Shown here in pieces: positions 10,094-19,844 of a stretch of 64,000 nt of DNA. The notes under the pieces are model-generated. The model was not told the DNA's origin, did no database searches, and was given only the letters and a program-made list of their open reading frames with translations. This stretch comes from a virus. Where the stretch lies: positions 32,001-96,000 of the IMG/VR virus record IMGVR_UViG_3300005274_000001. One strand, 5' to 3'. Within the stretch, counting starts at the first letter, position 1; each line of letters opens with the position of its first letter. The position numbers and the translations under genes were made by a program.

Positions 10094-13000
10094 TTAGCAC
10101 ACGATTTGTCAAGCTAACGATTGCTTTATCAGGTGAAGCGTCAACTTCTTCTTGCTGTATAAGTCCTTGTTCATCTTCTGTTTGAACTGTTGTTTGTATT
10201 CCTTCGTCTGTTATTTTTGCATCTACAACCTCTTTCTTGCCTTTTGGCTTTTTCTTGGATTTTGATTTCTTTTTATCTTTCTTCTGCTTTTCTTTCTTTG
10301 TTTCACTAGATTCTTGTTGTTCTTCTTTTTGAGCTTCAGTTGTTTCTTCTTCTGTAATTGTTTCAGTTTCTACGTTGGGACGCAAAGTATCAACAATCGC
10401 AAAAGCCTCTGCAAGAAAATCTGAAGTCTTAGAGAATACCTTTGTCTTTTCGCCTTCTCTTATGTAATAGAATCCTCTTTCTCCTAAAGACTTTTTGCCA
10501 AAAGAAAAGCTTTCTAACGAAAACTCAAAATCATCTTCAGAAAGAATTTTTGAGAAGTAAGGAAGATAGACTGCAACATTAGGATTTTCTAAAGCTGCAT
10601 AAATAATGAGAAGGTTATCTGAAAGGAGAGGATTGTCAATATCGTCTAAAGTTAGATAATGTTCATTTTCTTCACTTTCTACAAACTTAAAAGTAGCTAC
10701 ATCTGGTTTTCCTTCTTCACCTGTGATAACTTCAAGCGAAATTTTGTCAGTTAAAGGCATTTCAATGTATTCATTAGACTTTGATATTTGTTCAAAAAGT
10801 TTTGTGTAAGTTTCGTTTCTAATCTTCTTCTTAAGTCTATCGCTAATGTAGCTTTCATCAGAAGTTCTTTGAAGTATTGTTTGAGCAACACTCCTAGCTA
10901 AAGGATTTTTTGATTGTTTGAAAACCTTTTCAGCAACTGAGCGCAAAGACTCTTTCTTTGTTGAAGATGTGTATTCATCGAGAACGTCATAAGAAACATC
11001 AACCAACTTTTTAAAGTCTTTGTCTTCGTTATAAGCTTTTTCAAAATCTGCTAGATAAGCATATGCGTTATCTATACTTACGAAGTAAGGCGATACTTTG
11101 TCTAAGTTTTCAGGCTTGAAGATGCCAAAGTAAATTAAACCCTTTATGTCTTTTTCTACTTCAGGATCAAAGTCAACAGCTTGTTGAATCGCCTCAGCAA
11201 CATAAGAAATTGTTGAAGGTGAAGAGAAAAGGTTTATTAAGTTCGAGTAATACTCTTCTTTCTCAGCAGAAAGGCTTGTTTCAACTTCTTCAACAGCTTC
11301 TTTCTTTTCTTCTTCTAAAACAATTTCGCTAGCTTGTTGTTCAAGGTTTTCTTTAACTTCTTCTTTATCTTCTTCTTTGATTGTTTCTTTTTGGTTTTTA
11401 GAAGATTTCTTATTTGTCTTTTCTGATTCTTTTTTGTCAGATTTAGCCTTCTTCTTAGAAGTTTTTGTTTCAGATTCTTTAGCTTCTGAAGAAACTTCAG
11501 TTGTAGGAGAAGGCTCAGAAGTTTCTTCAGTTGAAGAAGTAGATTCAGGAACTTCTTCAGTTTGAGAAGGTATTTCAGTAATTTCTTCTGTTCTTGTTTC
11601 TTCAGAAGGCTTTTCTTCTTTTTCTTTGGTTTTCTTTTTGGACTTCTTTTTGGCCTTCTTTTTAGACTTCTTCTTCTCTTTTATAGCCTTGTTAAGTTGC
11701 TCAATAGACGAATTCAGAAGTTTATCTTGCGAGGTTGCCTCAGAAATAGTTTCAAAAGCTTCATCAACTGCTGTCTTAAAGTCTTTTCCTAACTTCTTTA
11801 AGTCTTTCAGTTGTAGAGTTCCTAAAGTCTTATTTCCAGACCTGAATGCGCAAGATAGCCTATTGCCTATTTTTTTAATTTCAACTTCTTTGTCTTCATC
11901 TACATAAAGAGTCAAAGATTCATTTTCATCTAATGTTTCTTTAAGATTTTCTAAGTCTTCAAAAGTAACTTCGCTATAACTTATCTTTTCTAAAGGAACT
12001 TCAGATTCTGTAGCTGATTCTTCAGTTAAAGAAGCTTGCTCTTCTTCACCTATGATAGGTATTTCTTCATCAAAACTTATGGGCGGAGTTTGTGTGTGTA
12101 TTACATTAGGCGAAAAGTTGTCAAAGAGGTATAAAGGATTTTCTTTTGGCACTTTTGTCTTTAAGATATCGAGAATTGCATCTTCATAATTTTCAAATTC
12201 GCCATAAGAAACTGTGTCTTCAAACTTGTTGGAGAAAGAGTATTCTTTTGTGCCATTATATTCACCAAAAACTTCTTTCATGAAAGCATTTATTTTGTAA
12301 GCATAAGGCGCTGTGCCAATTACAAGTGCATCTAAGTCTTCTTTTGTTTCTATATCACTAAAGATGTTTGAAAGTTCGCCTAAGACTTCATTCAATCTTA
12401 CATCATCCTCTACGCCTTCATGTTCTTGTTCTAGATATACATCAAGAGGCATTCCTTTGGTTTGTTCTATTTCATCAATTTTCTTAGCTAGTTCTTCAAC
12501 ATTAGGATTGTATTGATCAAAAAGATGATAAGCAATAAGAGAAGAAGCTAAATTTCTAAATCTTATTACAAAGCTATCTAAGTGAGATTCTACATCCCAT
12601 TCCTTATTTAGTTCTGAGTGATTCTCATATATTATGTTTCCAAGCTCATCAGTTTTTAGATTTTGTGCATCAAAACGTTTTCCTTCTTTAGGAAGAAAAG
12701 CTAAATTTCTAACAGCCTCTTTAACTCTACTCAATAGTTCTGTATGAAGTCTGTTTTTACATACCTCTTCAGATTCTCCTTCTGCACAAGCATAGCTGTC
12801 TGTTAGTGTTTTTAAGGCTGCTGCAAAAACTTGCTTATCAAAATCTTTAACACTCTCTGCTTTGGCCTTAAGCTGAGTTGAATATCTTTCTTTAATTGCA
12901 TCCAAATAAGTTGAAGCTTGATACAAAAGGCCACTCAATGCACGATCTGTGTCGTCATTTAAAACTACCTTTAAAGTTCCATCGAGTCTGTCAAACATTC

Positions 13001-14876
13001 CTGCAAGAAGTGCTAGATTTACTAAGTTTTCTTCTGTGTTACCAATTCCTACTTTTGCTTCAGGCGAGTGATTTATAAGTTCTCTTACAGCAGAAGGAAA
13101 GTCTTCAAACAGATTTTTGAGTTTTTCTGGAAGCCTTATATTTTCTGACAATTCTTTTATTTGCTGTTCTTCAATTTGTCTTTCTATCTCAACTTGTTTT
13201 AAAAATTCTTCGTGCTCTTTTTCTTTTTCTTCTAGCATTCGCTTGATAAGCGAAGACCTCACTAGAGGATTAAACATTTGCCTAGGAATGTCTTTTTGAT
13301 CAGCAAGATTTGCTAGTTCATTTGATGTGTGTTGTAAGACTTTGTTTATATTTGGCACAAATCTAAAGTAGCCGTGAACAAGTTGAGTTTCGTATTGAGG
13401 AAGAAAAGCGTCAATGAAGAAAGCTAGACTTCCTAGCTTATTTTCGCAAATTTCTGACGCACCTTTTACTTCTTCTTTAAAAGATTGATAGCCTCTTTTT
13501 GAATACTCTAAATCTACACTATAAGAAACACAGAGATTTTGAAGCAGTTCATAGGTCTTACCTTTCTTAGAAAAATCTTTCATTAACTCTAGTGCTTGAT
13601 AGATATCTAGAGGCTCAAGGTTGTTGTCTAAAGCTAAGATACCTGCAAATGTGTTTGCTAACGCAGTAAGTGTGCGCTCAAAGCCTAAAGATTCTACATT
13701 TTTCATTAAGGTAGAAAAATTAAAATCAGAAAAAGATTGTCCCAAGAAAAATCTTGTTATTTTGTCAATATGTTCTTTGTAATCCCCTTGGCTTTTTTCT
13801 AGATACTCTATGCTTTCTTGATAAAGCTTTTCAGGTGAAGCCTCTTTTGTTTCTAAAACTTTATCAAGCGCTTCATCAATTAGCGCTTCTTTAACTTCTT
13901 CAGATAAGTCTTGTGCGCTAGCAAAAGTTTCTTTAAATTCATCAAACTTTTCTTTAGCTAAATTAATAAGCCTTCCTAAATCTTCTTCATTAAAAAGTTC
14001 GCTTAAACCTAGTAAGGCTTCTTTTGTTTTGTCTAGCGCATTTTCTAACTTTTCTAAGTTGCTTTCTTTGTCTTCATCTAAGTCGTTAGGAAAGAATTGT
14101 TCTACAAATTCATCAAACTTGTTTTCTATCAGCCTTCTATTCGCTTCAGAAATTAGGTCTTCTAAAGTAAAGAATTCTCTAAGCTCGTCTAAAACTTCTC
14201 TTGATTTTTTATCAAGACTTTCATAAAGCTCTTTCGCTTCTGAAAGCTTAAGAGGATTGCCCTCTTTTAATCTTTCTTCTGCTAGCTGTGAAATTGTTTC
14301 AAGAAGATCATTTTTTATCGCTTGTGCTTCTAATAATCTTTGGTTTTCTAAAATCTCAGCTTCTTTTGGCGAAATTTCTTTGTCTTCTAGCTCTTCTGAT
14401 ATTTCTTCTAAAGCTTCTGAGCTTTCTTCAAGCTGTTCTTCTAGAACATCTATTACTTCTTCAGCTTTTTCTTCTACTAACTCTTGTTGTAATTCTTGAA
14501 CTTCTTCTTGGCGCTCAACAGAAACTTCTTCTTGTTGCTCAGTAACCTCTTCTTCTGTTCTTGTTTCTTCAGGTAAAGCTTCTCCTTGTTGTAGATATTG
14601 AGAAACATCTATGTTGTATATCTTTGAAATAGTATTTAGCTGCTTTTCATCTAGCGAATTTCCAAAGTTGTTTAAGTATTCTTCAACATCTACTAGGTGC
14701 CAACCGTTTTCAGTTTCTATTGCAATGCCGTGTTTTGTGGTTTTTTGGCCTTGAAAATAGACACTTCTAGTTGGATTAGACTCCTTATATAAAACCTTTC
14801 CTTCAGGTACTACCTTAACCTTATCAAAAGGTGAGTTATCAGTATAAGTATTGTTGTAATCGTATACAAGGCCCAT
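10062..14876 (-). CDS. Very large acidic putative internal virion protein
   Basis: 1604 aa (1766 aa if fused to downstream frame); E-rich with poly-K patches; TAGAAT-6nt-ATG leaderless start. Confidence 0.8.
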   Translation of the reverse strand: MGLVYDYNNTYTDNSPFDKVKVVPEGKVLYKESNPTRSVYFQGQKTTKHGIAIETENGWHLVDVEEYLNNFGNSLDEKQLNTISKIYNIDVSQYLQQGEALPEETRTEEEVTEQQEEVSVERQEEVQELQQELVEEKAEEVIDVLEEQLEESSEALEEISEELEDKEISPKEAEILENQRLLEAQAIKNDLLETISQLAEERLKEGNPLKLSEAKELYESLDKKSREVLDELREFFTLEDLISEANRRLIENKFDEFVEQFFPNDLDEDKESNLEKLENALDKTKEALLGLSELFNEEDLGRLINLAKEKFDEFKETFASAQDLSEEVKEALIDEALDKVLETKEASPEKLYQESIEYLEKSQGDYKEHIDKITRFFLGQSFSDFNFSTLMKNVESLGFERTLTALANTFAGILALDNNLEPLDIYQALELMKDFSKKGKTYELLQNLCVSYSVDLEYSKRGYQSFKEEVKGASEICENKLGSLAFFIDAFLPQYETQLVHGYFRFVPNINKVLQHTSNELANLADQKDIPRQMFNPLVRSSLIKRMLEEKEKEHEEFLKQVEIERQIEEQQIKELSENIRLPEKLKNLFEDFPSAVRELINHSPEAKVGIGNTEENLVNLALLAGMFDRLDGTLKVVLNDDTDRALSGLLYQASTYLDAIKERYSTQLKAKAESVKDFDKQVFAAALKTLTDSYACAEGESEEVCKNRLHTELLSRVKEAVRNLAFLPKEGKRFDAQNLKTDELGNIIYENHSELNKEWDVESHLDSFVIRFRNLASSLIAYHLFDQYNPNVEELAKKIDEIEQTKGMPLDVYLEQEHEGVEDDVRLNEVLGELSNIFSDIETKEDLDALVIGTAPYAYKINAFMKEVFGEYNGTKEYSFSNKFEDTVSYGEFENYEDAILDILKTKVPKENPLYLFDNFSPNVIHTQTPPISFDEEIPIIGEEEQASLTEESATESEVPLEKISYSEVTFEDLENLKETLDENESLTLYVDEDKEVEIKKIGNRLSCAFRSGNKTLGTLQLKDLKKLGKDFKTAVDEAFETISEATSQDKLLNSSIEQLNKAIKEKKKSKKKAKKKSKKKTKEKEEKPSEETRTEEITEIPSQTEEVPESTSSTEETSEPSPTTEVSSEAKESETKTSKKKAKSDKKESEKTNKKSSKNQKETIKEEDKEEVKENLEQQASEIVLEEEKKEAVEEVETSLSAEKEEYYSNLINLFSSPSTISYVAEAIQQAVDFDPEVEKDIKGLIYFGIFKPENLDKVSPYFVSIDNAYAYLADFEKAYNEDKDFKKLVDVSYDVLDEYTSSTKKESLRSVAEKVFKQSKNPLARSVAQTILQRTSDESYISDRLKKKIRNETYTKLFEQISKSNEYIEMPLTDKISLEVITGEEGKPDVATFKFVESEENEHYLTLDDIDNPLLSDNLLIIYAALENPNVAVYLPYFSKILSEDDFEFSLESFSFGKKSLGERGFYYIREGEKTKVFSKTSDFLAEAFAIVDTLRPNVETETITEEETTEAQKEEQQESSETKKEKQKKDKKKSKSKKKPKGKKEVVDAKITDEGIQTTVQTEDEQGLIQQEEVDASPDKAIVSLTNRVLKKVQPSFSSL

Positions 14877-14888
14877 ATATGTATTCTA

Positions 14889-15263
14889 CTATTCGCTTTC
14901 TTCTTCTTTTTCCTCTTCAGGTGTACAGTAAATTTCTTTTAAAGCATTAATGGGATCTTCATCTACACCGTATTTACTGAGGTATTTGATAGCTAAATCT
15001 AAATGATAACAGGACTGAAATTTATCATCATTTTGTTCAAATTCTACTAAAGCTGCAAGGCCACTAAGGTATTCAGCAAATTTTTTGCCGCTATAATCTT
15101 CTTCTAAAGAAGGAGTTTTTTCATACAAAACATTGGCCCAATCCCAAGATAAGTGCGGTAAAAAAAGCGCTAAAAATTTACTCACATAATTTCTTCTTCT
15201 TTCGGTATCCATTTCTTTACACATTTCAAGAAGCTCTTTGGGCATTTGTTCTTCTGTGGTCAT
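14889..15263 (-). CDS. Hypothetical protein
   Basis: 124 aa, GGAGG SD. Confidence 0.8.
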   Translation of the reverse strand: MTTEEQMPKELLEMCKEMDTERRRNYVSKFLALFLPHLSWDWANVLYEKTPSLEEDYSGKKFAEYLSGLAALVEFEQNDDKFQSCYHLDLAIKYLSKYGVDEDPINALKEIYCTPEEEKEEESE

Positions 15264-15272
15264 TTTATCCTC

Positions 15273-18200
15273 CTACTTTATTTCTATCTTAACAGGGGTG
15301 ATGATATTAGCTAAAGCATCAGCTACTTTTCGATAGAATGCCTCTTCTCTTTCCTGCATGATAGCCTCGTATTCTGCTTCTTCATCTTGTTCAAGAATTG
15401 GTGTATTGTCAGCAAGAAGTTTTTGTGTGTCAAAAATTTTCTTAACTTCAAATGACTTCAATCCTAGAACAGCAGCAACACTTTGAGGAAGAACAATTGA
15501 AGCATCTACTTTACCTCTTTGTTTTCCACCAGGACGAAAAGCTCTACCTAACATTTGCAAAATTGTTTCATAAGAGAAAGTAGCGCCATGAACAACAATC
15601 CTTTGTGAAGGCATGTTTACACCTCTAGCTAGCGCTCTTGAGAGAACAGTTATAGAAGGTTTGTTGTTGGCATTGTGGCTTTCAATAATCTTCATTCTAT
15701 CAGCCATATCAGTTTCACCAGTAACTGACCCATTGTAGTATCGCTTAAGTGCCTCAACAACACCTTTATCGCCAAATATAGGTACCAAATTCCTAAACAT
15801 TCTTCCTAACGGTGTATTTCTTCTAATGTTGTCAATGACAAAATCTAAAGCCTTTACAAAAGCTGTGCTAGGAGAGGTGATAAGAATTTTTCTTCCTAAA
15901 TTGTTAGAAGCTTTATCTGCTGTTGAAAAGGGTTTTAAAGCTTCTTCTACTACTCTTTTAAACTGCTCAGTAGTTGCAATTGCGTTATAAGAGGCTCTGT
16001 CAAGTTCCTTACCAATTTGTTCACCAATTGTGTCTAGTGTAATATCGTTACCTTCACTTTGTCTAATTGTAAAGTTTTCGTTTAGAGTTCCATCCTCATT
16101 CAAGAAAGGTGCCGCTTTAGGATCATTTCTATCAACAAGTGTTCTTACGCCTGTTTGAAGGTCTTGTTTAACTAAGCGAATTTTAAACTCACCTTGTGCT
16201 GTGTTTTGAATTACTGGATAGTAAAGGTACTTATTATCAGAAAGCATAGGTGTAATGAAGAAAGTATACTTCATCATTTTGTTTCTTGTTTCGATAGAAA
16301 TCTTTCTTTCACTTCCTGTTTTTTGCTTCTTTTGTTCTAACGCACCGCTAACGCCTGTCCTTCTTTGTAAAGTTCCAGATTTTTCTTGCTCTTTGTCAAT
16401 CTTTTTGTTCCAAGCATAACCTGGAAATCTAATTTTGAATCCCTTTTTAAACTTTTGCTGCTTCTTTTCTCTAGAAGCATTTACATCTACATCAAATTCA
16501 ATCTCAGCAGAACCTAGACCGTGAGTTACTACATTTTCAAATCCCAAACTGAGCAAATCAGCAAATGTGTATTGTGTGTTGCCAAAAGAAACTACAGGAA
16601 CTTTTGTTGCCAAATCAAGAATTTCTCTTTTTAATCTAGCTTTCTTCTCACCCTCTGCACTTCTATATTCTTTGATTTTAGGAATCAAATCTTTTAAGAC
16701 ATTGTTACTACCAAACCTGTCTAAAATATTTGGACTAATTGACGCTAAAGTGTCAACAAGGCTTCTTATCGCAATCTCTCTAACTGAAGCGTTTTTAGGC
16801 TTGTTGTCTTCATCAATAATTATGAATGGACCTTCTTCATCAAAGCTAGTAAAGCCATACTCTAGTGCACGCTCCCAAGTGAAAGCACCACCCTGAACAT
16901 AGCTAAATAAGGTAGCAAAACCAGGAACATACATTTCGTAGAACAGCTTAGAATCTACTTCTTTTCTTGACTGCGTAACAGGATCGTAGATTGTTGTCAT
17001 TACATGTCTGTCTTCTTTATACAGCTTAGCTATCTGATAAATAGTTGAAGCTACAGTTAGGAACATTTCTTCAAACTTTTGTTTTGTTTTTTCTGGTTCT
17101 CTAACTAGAGGATCATCAGAAGATAGCTTTTGAGGATCAACTGGAGAAGTAGGCCAAGCTAGAGGATCATCAGTCTTTATATCAAGTTCAATTCCCTTTA
17201 GTTCAAGGTCAGTAGAACCTACAACATCAAGATAAGTTGCAGAGGCTCTAAGCATATCTTCATTAATTACTGGACCACCAGGTGTTTTAATTACAGGATC
17301 GCCAAGAATTCTTCTGAATAAATGGCCCTGATAAAACATCATTTCCATTGCTGAGGAGAAGTCCCTTGGGCTGTTAGACATTGCAGTAGCGTTAAGCAGC
17401 AATGTATAGCCACGATTCGCATCTGAAGTAATAGAGTCTGATATATCTTCAATGTGCCTTCTTCTAGCTGAGCTTTTTGAGAAAATTGTAGAAGCTTCGT
17501 CTACAAGAAGCATTCCAAACATTCCAAAAGGAACTGCTAGTTTTTGTCCTTTGTGGGAAATAATTGAAGGACCAGAAAGAAGATTTAAGAAATATTTATC
17601 AGCTTCATCTTCTGCACTAGCAGATTCCATTTTTTGGAATGTAGAAAGCTTCATGATTACCATTTTGGGAAGATTTACTTTTTCTCCTCTGTTTGCTCTA
17701 GCCCATAAATCAAGTAATTGACTCCATTTTTCTCTTCTTTGTTGCGGATTACCTTCAATTACAAATATATCTTGACCTACTTTCCAGCCAAACAATGTTT
17801 CAGCATCATCAATCCAGCCTTTTGCAATAGATTCAGGCATTACTGCTAAAGCAGGTCTTTGATCAAAAGTAATCTCCTTATTATCTCTTTTATAAGAAAC
17901 TTTATGAAGACCAAGATTTGTTGCAAATGCGTATGCTAGAAGACCAGTAAAAGTTTTTCCTAGACCAGTAGCGTGAGCAATAAACATTCCTACTTTTTGC
18001 AGATTTTCTAACTTAGAAGTGTGTCTTAGGTAGTGAGGATGCAAAAACTTAAGAAGTGCTTGAACCTGATAAGGTTGCAAAGAAATTTTCGGATCTGCAA
18101 ACTTTATTCTTTCGTTGTAAGAAATTGGCCCAATTTTAGAGTTGTATCCTATAATGCCGAATTTATGTAATAGTAAAGGCATCCACCTTAGAGGAAATTT

Positions 18201-19844
18201 TTCGCCAAAGTTTCCTTTAGGGACAGGTAAAACTTCTTTGTTGTTGCCGTCAATTCTTATTAGGTTCCCTTTAGGATCCTTTTTTATGTTTAATAAAGCC
18301 CAAAGATCATCGAGTTCTTCTTTAAATTTGCCGCCTTTAATGAAAAGGTTAAATAATTCTCTATGGTAATCTTTTTCATCAGGCGGAAAAAGTTTATCAA
18401 TAACGCTAGGATCTTCTTCAGCACTAGGAATATTTTCTCTTACTCCTCTTTCAAAAATTCTTGCAGAAATGTCTTTTTTGAGAATTTTTTCGGCTTCTTC
18501 AATTGCAGAGGAATCAATATTTTGATAAAGAGGATGTAAGTATTTTTGTCTGCCTACTGGAAGTCCAAATATCCTTGCAGTATCATCGTCTAGCTTGATA
18601 ATATTTCCTGTAGGTATATCTAAAACGCCCGCAGGTATTATTGCATTGCTACCTAGTATTTCTGCTACTAACGCATCGATATCTGTTTGCGCAGCACCTC
18701 TTCTGTTTAGTAGTTTTGGATTTTGTATTACTTCAGTAAGCAAGTTGTCAAGAATTCTTTCATATTCTTCGCTGTCAATTTTCAGCAGTCTTTTTAATTC
18801 TGTAAACAATGCTGAACTGCTAGCACCTTGAGAACGAAGTTTTAGAAGGTTATCAGTAAAGAAAACCTCTTTTCCAGAGAATTGGTCTTTTGTAGCTAAA
18901 TATGTTGAAAGGTTTGTAAGATACTTGTTTTCTGGATCGTAAACATAAACATAATCAAAATTGTTTCTTTGTCCTTGTGTTGAAAGCTTCTTTTCTTGTT
19001 GCAGATACTTCTTTGCGTCAGAGTCTACTGCTTGAAGTAAGTCTTTTAGAAGTTTCTTTTTAGCCTCTGTAATTCCTCTAAAGTAGATTCCTTCTTTTAG
19101 AATTTCATCAATTAAGCCTTCGTCTTGCTTTTTCTTTTGCAAAGAAGCTTCAATTAATCCAGCAACATCCTCTTTTGAAGCTTTTCCTGATTGAACCCTA
19201 GAAAGCGCTTGTGCAGTATTCTTGTTTGAAGGTATGAGCATCCAAGGTCTTCCTTCTTCAAGCTGTTCTACTTTTACACCTAAGAACTTTCCTCCAGTTA
19301 AAACACGACCATCCTCAACATTGTAAGCAATATAACCTGCAGGAACTTTTTCTACAATACCTTTTTCATTAGCAAACTGAGAATAGTTAATGGACTTAGT
19401 AGTAGCCAAAAGAATAATGTCTTTGCTTCTTTCATGAAAGCTAAACAGAATATCCTCAATAGACTTTATGTAGTTTTTCATATCCACCTCATCCTCTTCT
19501 GTTTCTAATTGTATATCTTCTAAAAGCGAAAGTGATTTTAATGTTCTGTCAGAGATTTTTTCTACTTTTTCTATCTTGAAGCCATGCCAAACGAGAATTC
19601 CGGGTAAAACGAAAAAAGCTTCTTCTTCTTTTATTTCTAAACCAACAAATACTTGAACACTAAATTTTCCGTTCTTTTTTGAAACAGGATAAAAAATTTC
19701 TCTCTCCAAAATTTGTTCTAGCGCAAATTTCACATTGTCGTTAGATGATTTTATGTAGTAATCTTGTATTTTATTTTTTGCTAGGATAAAGTGAACTTCT
19801 GCAGTATTATCTCCTTGAGAGAGATGATAAACAACTTTCTTCAT
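15273..19844 (-). CDS. SNF2/SF2 helicase-domain large protein (probably virion-packaged)
   Basis: QPYQ, AHATGLGKT (I), VDEAS (II), LNATA (III), RGVNM (V), QMLGRAFRPG (VI). Confidence 0.85.
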   Translation of the reverse strand: MKKVVYHLSQGDNTAEVHFILAKNKIQDYYIKSSNDNVKFALEQILEREIFYPVSKKNGKFSVQVFVGLEIKEEEAFFVLPGILVWHGFKIEKVEKISDRTLKSLSLLEDIQLETEEDEVDMKNYIKSIEDILFSFHERSKDIILLATTKSINYSQFANEKGIVEKVPAGYIAYNVEDGRVLTGGKFLGVKVEQLEEGRPWMLIPSNKNTAQALSRVQSGKASKEDVAGLIEASLQKKKQDEGLIDEILKEGIYFRGITEAKKKLLKDLLQAVDSDAKKYLQQEKKLSTQGQRNNFDYVYVYDPENKYLTNLSTYLATKDQFSGKEVFFTDNLLKLRSQGASSSALFTELKRLLKIDSEEYERILDNLLTEVIQNPKLLNRRGAAQTDIDALVAEILGSNAIIPAGVLDIPTGNIIKLDDDTARIFGLPVGRQKYLHPLYQNIDSSAIEEAEKILKKDISARIFERGVRENIPSAEEDPSVIDKLFPPDEKDYHRELFNLFIKGGKFKEELDDLWALLNIKKDPKGNLIRIDGNNKEVLPVPKGNFGEKFPLRWMPLLLHKFGIIGYNSKIGPISYNERIKFADPKISLQPYQVQALLKFLHPHYLRHTSKLENLQKVGMFIAHATGLGKTFTGLLAYAFATNLGLHKVSYKRDNKEITFDQRPALAVMPESIAKGWIDDAETLFGWKVGQDIFVIEGNPQQRREKWSQLLDLWARANRGEKVNLPKMVIMKLSTFQKMESASAEDEADKYFLNLLSGPSIISHKGQKLAVPFGMFGMLLVDEASTIFSKSSARRRHIEDISDSITSDANRGYTLLLNATAMSNSPRDFSSAMEMMFYQGHLFRRILGDPVIKTPGGPVINEDMLRASATYLDVVGSTDLELKGIELDIKTDDPLAWPTSPVDPQKLSSDDPLVREPEKTKQKFEEMFLTVASTIYQIAKLYKEDRHVMTTIYDPVTQSRKEVDSKLFYEMYVPGFATLFSYVQGGAFTWERALEYGFTSFDEEGPFIIIDEDNKPKNASVREIAIRSLVDTLASISPNILDRFGSNNVLKDLIPKIKEYRSAEGEKKARLKREILDLATKVPVVSFGNTQYTFADLLSLGFENVVTHGLGSAEIEFDVDVNASREKKQQKFKKGFKIRFPGYAWNKKIDKEQEKSGTLQRRTGVSGALEQKKQKTGSERKISIETRNKMMKYTFFITPMLSDNKYLYYPVIQNTAQGEFKIRLVKQDLQTGVRTLVDRNDPKAAPFLNEDGTLNENFTIRQSEGNDITLDTIGEQIGKELDRASYNAIATTEQFKRVVEEALKPFSTADKASNNLGRKILITSPSTAFVKALDFVIDNIRRNTPLGRMFRNLVPIFGDKGVVEALKRYYNGSVTGETDMADRMKIIESHNANNKPSITVLSRALARGVNMPSQRIVVHGATFSYETILQMLGRAFRPGGKQRGKVDASIVLPQSVAAVLGLKSFEVKKIFDTQKLLADNTPILEQDEEAEYEAIMQEREEAFYRKVADALANIITPVKIEIK

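Noticed and set aside
1951-18831. Numerous + strand ORFs overlapping the large - strand genes (and similar ones throughout the window)
   Set aside because: Antisense shadows of real genes; no SD or promoter, S/F/L-rich composition mirrors E/K codons
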